A stretch of DNA of 64,000 bases from Camelus dromedarius. Taxonomy: Eukaryota. The stretch is from positions 65,722,001-65,786,000 of the forward strand of contig NC_087437.1 in assembly GCF_036321535.1 (NCBI RefSeq). Reading direction: 5' to 3'. Made by a program: the position numbers and the translations under genes. Every line of letters begins with the position of its first letter. The first letter of the stretch is position 1. Below the pieces are notes generated by a model. The model saw only the letters and a program-made list of their open reading frames with translations, was not told where the DNA came from and ran no database searches. This document shows positions 13,591 to 26,112 of this stretch, one piece after another.

Positions 13591-15376
13591 TGGAATTTTG
13601 GAGAATTACATGAGATTATGTATTTAAAGTACTTCACACAAGGGCTGGAATATAGTAAGAGATCAATTTCACTACAGCTTTTACTATAGTTAAGAGCACA
13701 GAGATTTAAAAGATAAGGCAGATAAGGAGCTGTCAAAAGAGAGAGGCATGCTTGGTAAACTACAGCAGCCCCCTTATCTGATTGGAGAGTGAGGTACCCA
13801 TGGTAAGGGAATCAGTCCTCAGGGTGAGGATGCCCCAGGGCTCCTGAGGATCATCTTCCACAAAAAGCCTTATGAACTAGAGAGGAGAACTGAGGATTAA
13901 CAGCTTTATTGGTGGGTTCCTGAATTCCTGAGAGATATGTTAATTGATTATTCAGGCATTAGCTGCAAGTAATATAAAATATGACCCACAGATTTCTTTT
14001 TTAAGCCAGAGACTGTAAGAGTCTACCATTCTTCTTCTCTTTGCCAGTTAAGATCAACCTTGGGACTACAGAGTGTGGGTCAAACTATTCATGCTTAAAT
14101 CCAAGGGCAGATAGCATCAGCTGGAATAGGGACTTCCACTTTGTAGTGTTCCTCCAATTTCACAGCCACGTAACCTCAGCTCTGTGTACCTGGACAGTTC
14201 TCTAATTAAGCCACCCTAACATGAGGCCTCTGAAACACCTTAGTACACATGGTACCCACATAGGCAGATACTCCTAGAAAAGCATTCATCCATTTGTTTA
14301 CATATATTGAGTACCAACTCTGACCCAGGCACAATGTCACCCACACTCAAAATAAGAAAGTTCTAAAAAAGGGTGAGTCAATGAATAGAGAAAAGACTGG
14401 AGAGAAAATAATTAGTAAGAGCTAAAGAAATACAGGCTGTTAATAAAATGCCACAAAGCATTTAACTCTTCATCAGTCTTCATAAACTTGCTCCACTTTA
14501 TAGCAGAGAAGACAATTAAATGTGTAGGGTACTCAATCGTAATTTCTGAATTCAAGAAGGAATTAATGGTTCTAAAAAAAGAGGAGTTTTTCTACTTTTC
14601 CTACATCAATCCAGCATGAGCACAAATGTATCTCTGTTAAGGCTAGGGGGAGAAAAGCGGAGGGAGAATATGATTACTGCCAGAACAAGCTCAACAGACA
14701 GGAACAGAAAAGAATTTTACTGGCAGAAATTAGAAATTGTTCTTTCTCACTCCACCAACACATAAGTAATAAATGCAGAACTACCTTCTGCTGCCTTTAT
14801 AAGCTGGGTTATAAAAACGATGCCGCAAGGGATACAAGTAGAACCTGCCATGCAATAAAACACTACCACCCCATCTAACACACCTGAAACTATTTTTAAA
14901 ATATTTAATGTTTGCTCATGATCTTTTTTTGCCCATGGTATTTTTATATAGATTCAATCGTCTAAGTTAGTTCATAAATGAGGCTAAAACTTTGTGGCCA
15001 CAGACCTTTGCAAACCCTCCGGAACAGATTGAAAAGCATATGATGCAATCTTTAGAATTCATAAAAACTCACTCACACACACACACACACAAGTGAATGT
15101 TTCATGCATGAGACATGTAATATCTCAGAGGGTACCAGACACATGTAGTGAGATGTTAAAATAAGACTCTACCTTTGGCCAAAGCCCCTAGGATAATGAA
15201 AGCCAGTCACTCTCACATTCCAGCATGAAGTGCTAGATGCCCTAAGCAGGGTTTGCTGTTTTGTACTATTAGTGGATCAACAGTTCCCTGCCTAGAAAAA
15301 AAAGTCTCGTGATAAGGCTTGTAACATTTAAGACATTTGTCTCAATCTCCAAACTCTCCTCATCATGAGCCTTATT

Positions 15377-15432
15377 TGTACACCAGAAACTGACACAACA
15401 TTGTAAACTGACTATACTTCAATAAAAAAAAA
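15377..15432 (+). mobile_element. Extremely truncated L1 3' tail (about 45 bp plus polyA)
   Basis: tgtacaccagaaactgacacaacattgtaaactgactatacttcaataaaaaaaaa, the same terminus type as 12205-13032. Confidence 0.8.
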
Positions 15433-15494
15433 TATACACAAAATATATATGTATAAAGTAGTACTTGTTAAATTCAAAAAAGGTTTCTTCTAGA

Positions 15495-16400
15495 GTGAGC
15501 TGTGGATGTGTGGAGGCATTCTCCTTCCTCACCATGCCCAGATGAAGCCCTGTATTCCACCTCAAGCCCAGTGAGAGGAATGTCAGGGAGAACACCAAGG
15601 TTCAGGATGTGTCTCCAGGTCAACTGTGAGATATCTAAAGGGTGAGAGACTGCCTAAGGTGACCAGAGGCAGCAGAATACAGCACTGCAGCTGGGAGGTA
15701 GTTACATCCCCACTGACGACAGAACCACAGTACTTGTTTGCTATGAGTCAATTGTGAACAACACAGGAAAGAGGCTGCTGACCCGGAACTGGTTAGAATA
15801 GTGCATGGAAGGGTTTTCTGTGAGGCACAAGACAACGTTCAGCAGAAAGAGGCTCACAAGTATCAATAGGTTATAGTAAGTTGTAGGGATAGGGGTTGTC
15901 TGCAGCCAGAAGAGGCTACAGTTGAGTACCCACCAGGGGGATCTCCAAGGAAACCACAAAAGCCCCACTAGAGTTTGCTTGCTTCTCTGCCTCAAACAGA
16001 GGAAATTAAGACCACTACAGTGGTGCTAGTCGGACTTTTGCTATCCCACACCTCTCCTGTCCCCCGACAATTCAATATTAAAGGAACCAGAGTGAGCCTA
16101 GTGAGTGGAGGAGAAGAAAAGGAAATAACTCACATCCCATGCACAGCAAGCTTCTAGTTTGAGGCAGGTACAAGTTAGGGGGAAGATGTAACTTCAAATG
16201 AAGTTCAGAATTTGTGCTATTACACTGGACTAGCCATACTAATTACTGAACTAAGACTCTTGCAGGGAAACAACTGACCAAAGGAGACGAGATTTTATTA
16301 TCTGGTTGTGAGCACATAAACTATTCATTGAGCTCAAGATTTCACCTGGAAGCTGAGGAGGATGCAACTGCGTAAAGCACAGGCAGTGAAGGAAAAGTAC
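15495..16400. mobile_element. Possible ancient LTR (MamGypLTR/LTR85-like)
   Basis: ctggactagccatactaattactgaactaagactct resembles remembered mammalian Gypsy-like LTR consensus; no terminal repeats verified. Confidence 0.35.
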
Positions 16401-16409
16401 AAAGTTGTT

Positions 16410-16697
16410 CTCTGATTGCATCCTACTTTTTTCCCTATGTCCACAGCTCCTGTTGAAAGGACAGACCCTAGAGAGCCGCGTTTTGCCTTTTGTGACTCCA
16501 CATCACTCAGAGTTCCTGGCCATAGTCAATTAGACCAGGGAAGACTATCTGACCAAAGTCAGCCAAACAATAGCTCAGTCAGAGACCAGGACATGCCCTT
16601 GAGCAAAAAGTTAAGTGGCAATCAGTTTCCTTGGCATGAGAATAGGAGAAAGAGTAGAGAATGAATATACTTAACCATGGGAGTTGAAGCTAAAATA
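16410..16697 (+). mobile_element. ERVL LTR (LTR41/LTR33-like), 5' half
   Basis: tgtgactccac...cctggccatagtcaattagaccagggaagactatctgaccaaagtcagccaa...ggcaatcagtttcc. Confidence 0.6.
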
Positions 16698-16699
16698 TT

Positions 16700-17195
16700 A
16701 TTCATTCATTCAACAAATATTTAGTGAGGGCACTACCACATTATAATAAAAAGTAAGAAACATGAAGTCCTTGTTCTCAAGGAGCTAATGTTCTAGTGCA
16801 GAAGCAGACAAAAAGCAGTTACAAATAAATAAATGTATTAGAGAATGACAGATTATTATCATTGCCATGAAGGAAGTGAGTAGAATATTTGGATAAGGAA
16901 TAGCAAGGGGGAGGGATTCTACTCTAGGATCTGGGAAGGGCTTGCTGAGGTGTGACACTTAAACTGAGACCTGAAAAATGATATAAATCTAGATTTGTGA
17001 AGAGTCAGGGAAAGAGTGTTCCAAACACAGAGAAGAGCAAACGCAAAGACCCTGAGGAAGGAAATTGCTCGGCACATTCCCAGAACTGACAGACGGCTAG
17101 GGCAACTACATCAGAGTGAGCAAGAGGGAAAGATGAGCTCAGAGAGGGAGACAGGAGCCAGACCATGCTGAGATGGGGAGGCCATGGTGAGCACA
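16700..17195 (-). mobile_element. L2a 3' end
   Basis: ttcattcattcaacaaatatttagtgag...tccttgttctcaaggagctaatgttctag...gtgacacttaaactgagacctgaa. Confidence 0.88.
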
Positions 17196-17347
17196 ATGTG
17201 ACCTAATGAAACAGAGTTGAGACCAGTGTGGACTACGTAGAGCACACCTTTAAAAATGAGCAGAGACTGAGTAGTAACTATAAGCTGTCTAGTAAAAATT
17301 ACAGCTAACAGTTATCGAGTTCTTTCATGCCTTTTAATGTACTACAT

Positions 17348-17675
17348 TGGAGGTCAGCAAACTTTTCCTAAAAATAGCTAAGAGAGTATTTGAGACTTTG
17401 CAGGCTTAACAGCCTTGGTCACAACCATTCAACTGCGCTGTTTTAGTGCAAAAGCAGCCATGGACAATAATATGTAAATGAATTAGCATGGTGGTGTAGC
17501 AATAAAACTTTCTTTATGGACACTGACATTTGAATTCCATATAATGTTCATGTGTCAGGAAATACTCCTGATTTTAAAACCATTTAAAAATGAAAAAATT
17601 ATTTTAAGCTTATGAGCCCTAAAAAACAAAATAGTGAGCAAGATTGGCCCACAAGCCATGGTTTGCCAACCACTA
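17348..17675. mobile_element. MER58B-like hAT MITE inserted in a MIR
   Basis: Terminal inverted repeats tggaggtcagcaaac / gtttgccaaccacta; 8-bp TSD tactacat (17340-17347) / ttctacat (17676-17683). MIR-like sequence flanks both sides (about 17300-17347 and 17684-17830). Confidence 0.88.
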
Positions 17676-17879
17676 TTCTACATGCTTTATTTGTAATACT
17701 CTCAACAACCCTGTGAGATAGTTACTATTAATATAGTCCCTTCATAGAAGAGGCAGCTGAGGCAAGAGTTCTCACAGCTAGAAATCAGCAGAACCAAACA
17801 AATATGGTTGTAGATTACATGCTGTTAATTTACAATCTTGCCTTATGCTAATAAACAATTCAAATTTAACATATACAAG

Positions 17880-20058
17880 AGAAGTACTTCTGGAATGGTG
17901 GAGGAAAAATCCATTTCTCCATAAAAGTAAAAAGAACACTAGCAAAAAATAAAATAATCAAAGTCAAGTTTTTCAGAACTCTGGAAATTAACCAAAGACT
18001 TGCTACAATCTGAGAGGCATCTATTTAAGAAAAATGGTCAAATCTTGGTAAGAACAGTGAGTTTTATGGTATTTTAAGTGCCATATTTCCACCCCACCTC
18101 TTTCTAGCTTCTCGGTAGCCTTAAAAATTAATAGCCTTGTGAATACAGTATCTGTGAAAATCAGCAGTCTGGCAGCAGTCTGGAGGGATACAGAATTGGT
18201 TTTGAACACCCCAACTTCAGAGAACTATCATTATTTGACTTGTTTGACAGCTCCCTGGAAACCCCAACTCACAGGCTTTATTTGATCAGGCTCAGAGCTC
18301 ATTCAGTGTATATAACCTTTCCCCTGGGGCATTTGTCAAAATAATTAGTGGTAATTGTTTAATGTCACAACTGCCTTAAGGGGAGATAACTGTTGGGACA
18401 AATAAGAGGCTGTTCAAACACCTAAGAAGAAAAGCTGGGGCATAGGATATCCATAGGTGGCTTTGGAAAGCTCCAAAATATTCCTGGAAATCTAGAAGGC
18501 TGCACACATGTGCAAGGCTGTGTGCACACCCAGGAAAGATCTGAGAAGGTCCTAAGATCTAGACTCTGTCTGACATTGAGTTTCGACACAAACAGGAAGT
18601 GAGGGATAAAGCAAAGCTGTGAACTGCCAGAGAGTTGAAGGTATGCCCTAGCACAAAGCCCATCAGCAAAGTCTAGGAGACATATTAGTTCAAAACATTT
18701 AAGTAAAGCACTGTGCAATCATTAGTTGACCACTAAGAACAAAGCAGAGACTTCAGTTATGGAACATGACAAATAATGCAGAATTTACAGAATTAGTTTA
18801 GAAAAGTCTTTAAACAAACAAAAAGCAACAACAACAATAAGGGGGAAAATAGCAAACCCTGGGAAAGAGGGGCAATCTGATATCCAATGCTGACATATTA
18901 TTTTGAATGCATAGTTATGAACAAAAAAGTTTAAAAAAAAATGCAAAGAAACCAGGAAAAGCAATCTATATAAACTGTCCCCGAGGAAGTCTAGACATAG
19001 GACTTTCTAAACAAAGACTACCTCAGGTATTATAAATATGTTCAAAGAACTGAAGGAAAAGACTAGAACAATGTCTTACCAAATAGGGAATATCAAGAGA
19101 TAGAAATTATAATTTTTTAAAAGCAAATATAAATTCTAGAGTTGAAAAGTAAATACCGAAATAAAAATTTTACTTCTGTGTCTCAACAGCAGATTTGAGA
19201 TGGCAGAAGAAAAAAAATCAATGAACTTAAGATAGGTCAAGATTATCCAGTTTGAAGAGAAAATAGAATGGATATATATTTCTAGAATTAGAAGTAAATG
19301 AACAGAGTGTCAGAAACCTATAGGACACATCAAACATATCAACATAGGCATAATAGGAGTCCCAGAAGGGAGAGAGAGAGAAAAAAAGAAAAAGGCAGAA
19401 AGAATATTTCCAAAATTTGATGAAAAACATTAATCAACAGCCCATAATTAACACTCAAAGAATTCCAAGTAGAATAAACTCAAAGAGATCCACATTGAAA
19501 CACATTGTAATCAAACTGTTGGAAGCCAAAGACAATGAATCTTGAAATCAGTAAGACAAGAAATTCATCATGCACAAGGGAGCCACAAAAAATTAACAGC
19601 TGATTTCTTGTCAGAAACTGTAGAGGCCAGAAGATAGTGAGCTGATATATTCAAGTACCAAAAGAAAACCACAGTCAACCAAGAATTCTATATCCACCAA
19701 AATTTTCTTTCAAAAACAGTGAAATTAAGAGTGTCACAGATAAACAAAAACTGAAAGATTGTATCACTAACACACCTATCTTAAAAGAAATACTAAAGTG
19801 AGACCTTTGGGCTAAAATGAAGGATACTAGACAATGACTCAAATTCACATGAAAAAATAAAGAGAACCAGTAAAGTTAACTACTTAGGTAATTATAAAAG
19901 ACAGTATAAATATATTTTAAAATTATAACTCTTTTCTTCTCCTATATGATTTAAAAGACAACCACATAAAACAATAATTATAAAACTGTGTTGACAGGCT
20001 TATAATGAATAAAGATATAAGTTGTATGACAATAATGGAACAAAGACAAAAGTGGGAA
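17880..20058 (+). mobile_element. Old L1 (L1M4/L1MC-like) 5' region, ORF1 remnant and inter-ORF
   Basis: A-rich degenerate ORF1 (ctcaacagcagatttgagatggcagaagaa, aattaacagctgatttcttgtcagaaac, aagaattctatatccacc, aaagaaatactaaag) with many stop codons. Confidence 0.85.
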
Positions 20059-21122
20059 CAGTGAAATCAAAGACAGGGTAGTATAAATCATCCAATCAGA
20101 AGACCAATAAGAAAAAAGAATGGAAAAGAGTGAAGATAACTTAAGAGACTTATGGGACATAATCAAGAAGATCAATATATGCATTATAGGTATCCCAGAA
20201 GGATATGATATTATATTTAGGACATGATATTATATATAGAAAGACTCCACCAAAAAGACTGTTAGAACTAATGAATTCAGTAAAGTTGCAGATACAAAAT
20301 CAATATGCAAAAATCAGTTGAGTTTGTATACATGAACAGCAAACTATTGGAAAGATAAATTTTAAGAAAATAATCTCATTTACAATAGTATCAAAAAGTA
20401 TAAAATATTCAGGAATAAATTTAACCAAGGAGGTGAAAAATCTATACATTGAAAACTATAAAACACTGATGAAAGAAATTTAGAAAGACACAAATAAAGG
20501 AATGATATTCCATGTTCATGGATTGGAAGAATTACTGTTGTTAAAATATCCATTCTACACTAAGCAATTCTACAGATTCAATGCAATCCCCTTCAAACTT
20601 CCAATATATGTTTCACAGAAAAAGGGAAAACCCTAAAATTTATATGGAACCACAAAAGACTTCAAATAGCCAAAGAAATCTTAAGAAAGAGGAACAAAGC
20701 TGGAGATAGTACAATTCCTGTTTTCAAATTATATTACAAAAGTATAGTAATCAAAACAGTGTGGTATCGGCGTAAAAACAGACACAGACCAACAGAACAG
20801 AATGGGGAGCCCAGAAATAAACCCATGCATATATGGTCAATTTTCAACAAAGGTGCTAAGAACATACAATGAGGAAAGAGTAGTCTCTTCAATAAATGGT
20901 GTTGGAAAAGCTGGAATTGTAGTATAGTGGTTCCTCACAAAATTAAAAATAGAGCTACCATATGATCCACCAATCCCATTTCTAAGTATATATCCAAAGG
21001 AAATGAATGCAAGATATTGAAGAGATACTGCACTGCCTATTCATTGCAGCATTATTCTCAATAGCAAAGGTATGGAAACAACCTAGATGTCCATCAAAGG
21101 ATGAATGGATAAAGAAAATATA

Positions 21123-21161
<39 letters not shown>

Positions 21162-21665
21162 CACAATGGAATATTATTCAGACCCCCAAAAGAAGGAAAT
21201 CCTGCCATTTGCGACAACATGAATTAACCTGGAGGGCATAATGCTGAGTGAAATGAGTCAGACAGAGAAGACAAATACGACATGGTGTCACAATATTTCA
21301 AATCTTAAGGGAAAAAAAGTTTAACTCATAGAAACAGACAGTAGAGTGAAAAGGCTGTCATGTGTTTGGGATGGGGACAGTGGGGAAAGTTTGGTAAAAG
21401 TGTACAAACTTTAATCCTTAAGATACATAAGGTCTGAGAATCTAATATATAACATAGTGACTATAGTTGATAATACTATAATCAAAATTTGCAAACAGAG
21501 TAGAACTAAGTGTTCTCACCAAAAGAATTAAATATGTGAAGTAATGAATATGTTAATTTGATTGTGGTAATTCTTTCACAATATATAGATATATCAAATC
21601 ATCACATTGTTTACTTTAAGTATAATTTTATTTGTCAATTATAACAATAAAGCTGGGAGGAAAAG
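20059..21665 (+). mobile_element. Nested L1 (L1MA9-like 3' end) with two large internal deletions
   Basis: An ORF1 piece (20059-20202) is joined to the ORF2 RT region (gacatgatattatatatagaa...ttcagtaaagttgcagatacaaaatcaat). It jumps again near 20915 to the ORF2 end and 3'UTR, finishing tttatttgtcaattataacaataaagctgggagg. Confidence 0.85.
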
Positions 21666-22430
21666 AATAAAAGATCACAAATCAGGACTGTAAACTTTCA
21701 CCTTAAGAAACTAAAAAAAAAACAAAACTCAACCTAAAGTAGGAAGGAAATAATAAATATTGGAGGAGAAATAAATGAAATGGATAATAGAAAAACAATA
21801 CAGAAAATCAACAAAATCAAAAGTTGATTATTTGAAAAATTCAACAAATTGACAAATCTTTAGTCAACCTCCCAAGAAAAAAGACAGAATATCTAAATTA
21901 CTAAAATCAGGAATAAAAGAGGGAGCATTACTACCAACCTTACAGAAATAAAACGGCTTATAAAGGAATACTATGAACAATTGTATGACAATACAATCTC
22001 TTCATCTCCATGATGTAGAAAATGGACAAATTCCTAGAAAAACACAAACTAGCAAAATTGACTTGAGAAGAAATAGAAAATCTGAGTAGATCTATAACAG
22101 CAAGTAATTAGTAACTGACAAACTTTCCAAAAGAAAAGCCCAGCTTTTCAACACTTCATAGATTCTCCCCAAAAAACAGAAGGGGGAAATACTTCCCCAC
22201 CAATTCTATGAAACCAGTAATACCAAAAAGAGACAAATCACAAGAAAGAAAACTAGGGACGAATATCCTTTCTGAATACAGAAGCAGAACTCCTCAACAA
22301 AATACAAGAAAACAGAGTCATACACCACAACTAAGTGGGATCCATCCCAGGAATGCCTGGGTAGTTTGACATACGAAAATCAATCAATGTAAGACACCAT
22401 ATGAATAGACTTAAGGTCAAAACCACATGA
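21666..22430 (+). mobile_element. Old L1 ORF2 fragment (probable continuation of the host L1)
   Basis: aaaatcaacaaaatcaaaagttg...aaatggacaaattcctagaaaaacacaaacta...aatcaatcaatgtaa...aaaaccacatga. Confidence 0.85.
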
Positions 22431-22655
22431 GGCAGTAGAGCATGATGGCTAAGAGCACTGTCCCTGGAACCAACTACATAGGTTTCTATACTAGCTCCAC
22501 CACTAGCTGTGTGATCTAGGGCAAGTCAGAAATCCTTCTATGCCTGTTTCCCTGTAGGTTATTTTGCGGATTAAGTTAGTAGAACATAAAGTACTTAGAA
22601 TAGTGCTTGATATACTGTGAGTGCTAGTCAAGTACTTTCTGTTGTTATTATTTTA
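22431..22655 (+). mobile_element. MIR
   Basis: ggcagtagagcatgatggctaagagcac...ctccaccactagctgtgtgatctagggcaagt...aaagtacttagaatagtgcttg. Confidence 0.8.
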
Positions 22656-22854
22656 TTGTTTTTATTACTTAAGTTGCCGAAGATCATGAAAATTATGAAT
22701 TATCTAACTCTAAATTATATTTGCTGCTATGTCACTAATATCTCAATTGACATACTGAACTTACTATCTTTAAATGCTACAGAAATGATGTTGAATTTTT
22801 TTTTCCACTCATATTCAGTATCCAGTGCACAAGCAAATTTTTCAAAATTTATTC

Positions 22855-23532
22855 TAATCCACCCACTTCCTACCTTCCCAGCAGTAGCATGTTAGTCCAA
22901 ATTGTCATCATCTCTCTTTGGATTACTATGCTGGTCTGACTGGCTTCTCTGCTCTCACTCCTGCTCCCCTGCAGTCTAATCTCCACATAACTACCAGAAT
23001 GACACTTTTAATTTGTAAATCAGATCAGGACTGTTTATACTATGCCCTACAGGGCCCTACATAATCTGGCCCCAGGACACATTTTTCCAACCTGATATCT
23101 GTGAATTTTCCACCTGCTCTCAGCACTCCAGCCACAGCCAATTTCCATGTTGATCATTTAACTGGCCAAGCACATCTCTGCCTTAGATCTCCACATTTGC
23201 TGTTTCCTCTGCAGGAACACCTTTCCCTCCATGGCTCCCTCTCTCAATTCACTCAGATCTGGGTTCAAATTTTACCTCTTCAGAGAGGCTTTCTCTGACC
23301 ATCCTATCTAACATAGCACCCTGCTACTCTCTATCTTCTTACCCAGATTTATTTTTCTTCATAGAATTTATTGCTACTTGACATTACACATTTACCTGTG
23401 TTTTGCCTGTCTCTTCCCATTTGAGTTTGAACTTTATGATTTTGTCTGCTAAGTTCATTAGTGCATCCTTGGTGTTGAGAGCACCACACAGCACGAGGTA
23501 ATTGATCAATAAATATTTGGTGAATGAATGAA
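22855..23532 (+). mobile_element. L2a 3' end
   Basis: ttgtaaatcagatca...gccctacataatctggcccc...cttcagagaggctttctctgaccatcctatctaa...tcaataaatatttggtgaatgaatg. Confidence 0.88.
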
Positions 23533-24389
23533 GAGACAGCCAATCAGGAGAGCAAACAGAAAGTTGCACAGAGAAGCCATATGTCTCTGAGAGAACTGGA
23601 GAAAGCAGCCCATCTCCGGAACGGCTTTGACTCCAACCAGATTTCCAGGCTCAGTTACAATCTAAGTATACCCTTAGAATAGCCAACCCCCTCCTCGTTT
23701 ATCTCTGTTCCTTGCAACTGAAAGAACTTAACTAAACCTGAAAGTGGTACCAGGAATGGGGTGTCAAATAATAGGCCCGAAGAAAGTGTTGCGCTGACTC
23801 TAGTCTATGATCAGGGTGAGGAGCAGTAGCATCTCCCTTTCTTAGTATGAGAAGGAGGAATTGTAGAGTTTGAGGAGGAAAGGCTGAAATAATAAGCAAT
23901 GGACTGGGATAGCTTGGGCCCCTGAAAGACAAATCTTTCAGGAACTTGGTGGCCACTGCCTTAGAGCATTGCTGAGGAATGATAGTAAAGAAAGTAGTGG
24001 TTTATTCCTTTTCATTTTCTTAAGTAAAGCACAGGAGGAAGGGAGCAATCTCTGTTTCCAGATTGCCTAGCTAGTGGCAAAGAAAAACAAGGCCAGTGTG
24101 TAACCTTTATGCCTCTGCCCTGTGTCACACAAATCAACATGGCAAGGAACACTCAGACCAAGTGCAAAGAAGAAAAAGACAAATTATCCTGTCCAGTATT
24201 GGAGTATAAGGCAGAATAGGACTGCTCTGCCAGGCCCCTCCTCACAGGGAACGCCTAGAGCAGTGTGAAAATTCAGGTAGTATGATTGGCAACCAAAGGA
24301 CAAGCTTCTCTCCAAAAAACTGAGAGTGTAAGCTGACAGCTATGGGATTCCCTGGTCCTATCATATGTCCTTCTATCAACAAGAAGCTA
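23533..24389 (+). mobile_element. ERVL LTR 3' half (to about 23738) followed by ERVL/MaLR-like internal sequence
   Basis: LTR end tctctgttccttgcaactgaaagaacttaactaaac is immediately followed by gaaagtggtaccaggaatgggg, a typical start of ERVL/MaLR internal sequence. Confidence 0.6.
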
Positions 24390-24790
24390 TGTTGGTTCTC
24401 AAACTGGTGCACATACAGGAAGAGCAAAAAGAGAATGGAGAAAGAGGCAGACCACTCCAGATTGGTAATTGGCAGTTTTAATTAGCCAGGGAACTTACTT
24501 ATGAGGCTTGTCCTGGGTGGCCACAAAACAAGTAGATCTCTGCACTCCCCTTCCCCCTCCAGCCATGATCTTGAAGTTTACACAGAGGCCTTAACTGGGT
24601 AGGTCATGTATACTGTCCAGGTGGTCTTAAAAACACATTACTCTCTCAAGGCTATGTCCTTGGAAGAGCTCCCACTGTGGGAATGGTGGGAAGAACACAC
24701 ATTCTAAGGACGGGGGAGGGGGTTAAGAGCCTCTGATTACCCAGGTCCAGCTCTCAGGTAGTCATGTCCTCTTGATTACCTCCTCGAACA
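24390..24790 (-). mobile_element. Solo LTR (about 401 bp), probably younger and of a different ERV family
   Basis: tgtt...aaca termini (24390-24393, 24787-24790). On the minus strand a TATA-like tgtaaac near 24580 precedes ATTAAA near 24480. No clear TSD. Confidence 0.6.
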
Positions 24791-25304
24791 AATTGACCTT
24801 AGAGTGCAAGCTTGGGGTGGGAAGGGGACAGGTATTGCTGCCGATTGCAAGCTTGGGGTGCAAATATGCAACAGGTGAACTATAGAAGATGTACACCCTC
24901 AGCTCTTCTAAGAGGTACTGCTCTGTTCAGCACTCTGTGCCAGTTTAACCTGGTTTGTAGCATAACCTTTGCTCTGTTGTGATAACAATGTTGCTGAGAG
25001 AACCAGGCAGGCTCCAGATGCCAGGATTACTTACTGTATTAGTAAATGTTTCTCCATTGCCTCTATTTGTTATTTGAATTCTTAAGAAGCAATGAAAGTT
25101 TACAAGCTATAGTACAAACTTCCAATAAATTCAAATTGACACCCATGCTGTCTTCTGCCACACTGAACAATCATAAATGTTCAATGATTTAAGACTTAAA
25201 ATTATCATTTAAAAAAAATAGTCATGTTAAGAACTACAGTGAAACCCATTGCAGTCTTTATTTCAAAAACTTTTTCCTCATTTAAAAATTTAAAGCAACT
25301 GAAT

Positions 25305-25795
25305 GTGTGCATTGGGATTAGGTATGGCTGCAAGTAGTACGGACTTAAACAAGGCAGAAGTTTATTTCTCTATCAGGTAAAAGTAAAATGGCTCAGGGAT
25401 GGTATGAGAGTCCACAGTCTTCAAGTGTTAATGCTTTTTCCATATCACTATTTTGACATCCTAAGACAAAGTCTTTGCCTTCATGATCCAAGAGGGTAGT
25501 TAGAGTTCGGTCATCACATCATTTTTCCAGGTAGAATAATGGAGAAAGGGATGAAGAAGAAGGGCAGCAGACACCCATCACTGCTTTTTAAAATTATTTC
25601 CTAGAAGTTGCTGCACAGTATTTCTGTTTATGTTACATTAGCAAGAACATAATCACCTGGTCATAGTCAGCTACAAGGAAACTGGGACATGTCTGTGTTC
25701 TGGATGGCTAGATGCCTAGATAAATATGGGTGGTTATATTACTAAGGAAAGAGAAGAATAAATATTGAGGCTGACAACTGGCAATCTATGCCACA
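25305..25795 (-). mobile_element. MLT1J-like MaLR LTR
   Basis: gggattaggtatggctgcaagta...cttaaacaaggcagaagtttatttctct...ctacaaggaaactggga...caactggcaatctatgccaca. Confidence 0.8.
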
Positions 25796-26112
25796 TTTCA
25801 GGATAGAGCTCTGGAAATTCTGTTTCCAGAGCATCTGAGCCACAGTTGTTGCTAAGGAGGAGGAGAAGATTAATCCAAGTAGCTATTAAGATATGCCTGG
25901 CTAGAGGCAGAAAAAAAATGGAGGTGGAAATTCAGGTTAGAAAATAGGGAGAGAATGCTTTGATTTTAAAATAGAAAAGGAAATTATTGATTAGAAAATA
26001 GAAATGGGGGGTTGGAAAGGAGGGCTACGCTCTTAATGGATACCTCCACTGCGCTTCATGCTACAGAGATGGGAGGGTTTGGGAAGATTCATGTTAAACT
26101 GATGGTTAAAAC

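Noticed and set aside
17880..22430. Intact, active L1
   Set aside because: A mosaic of at least two old elements with stops, frameshifts and large deletions.
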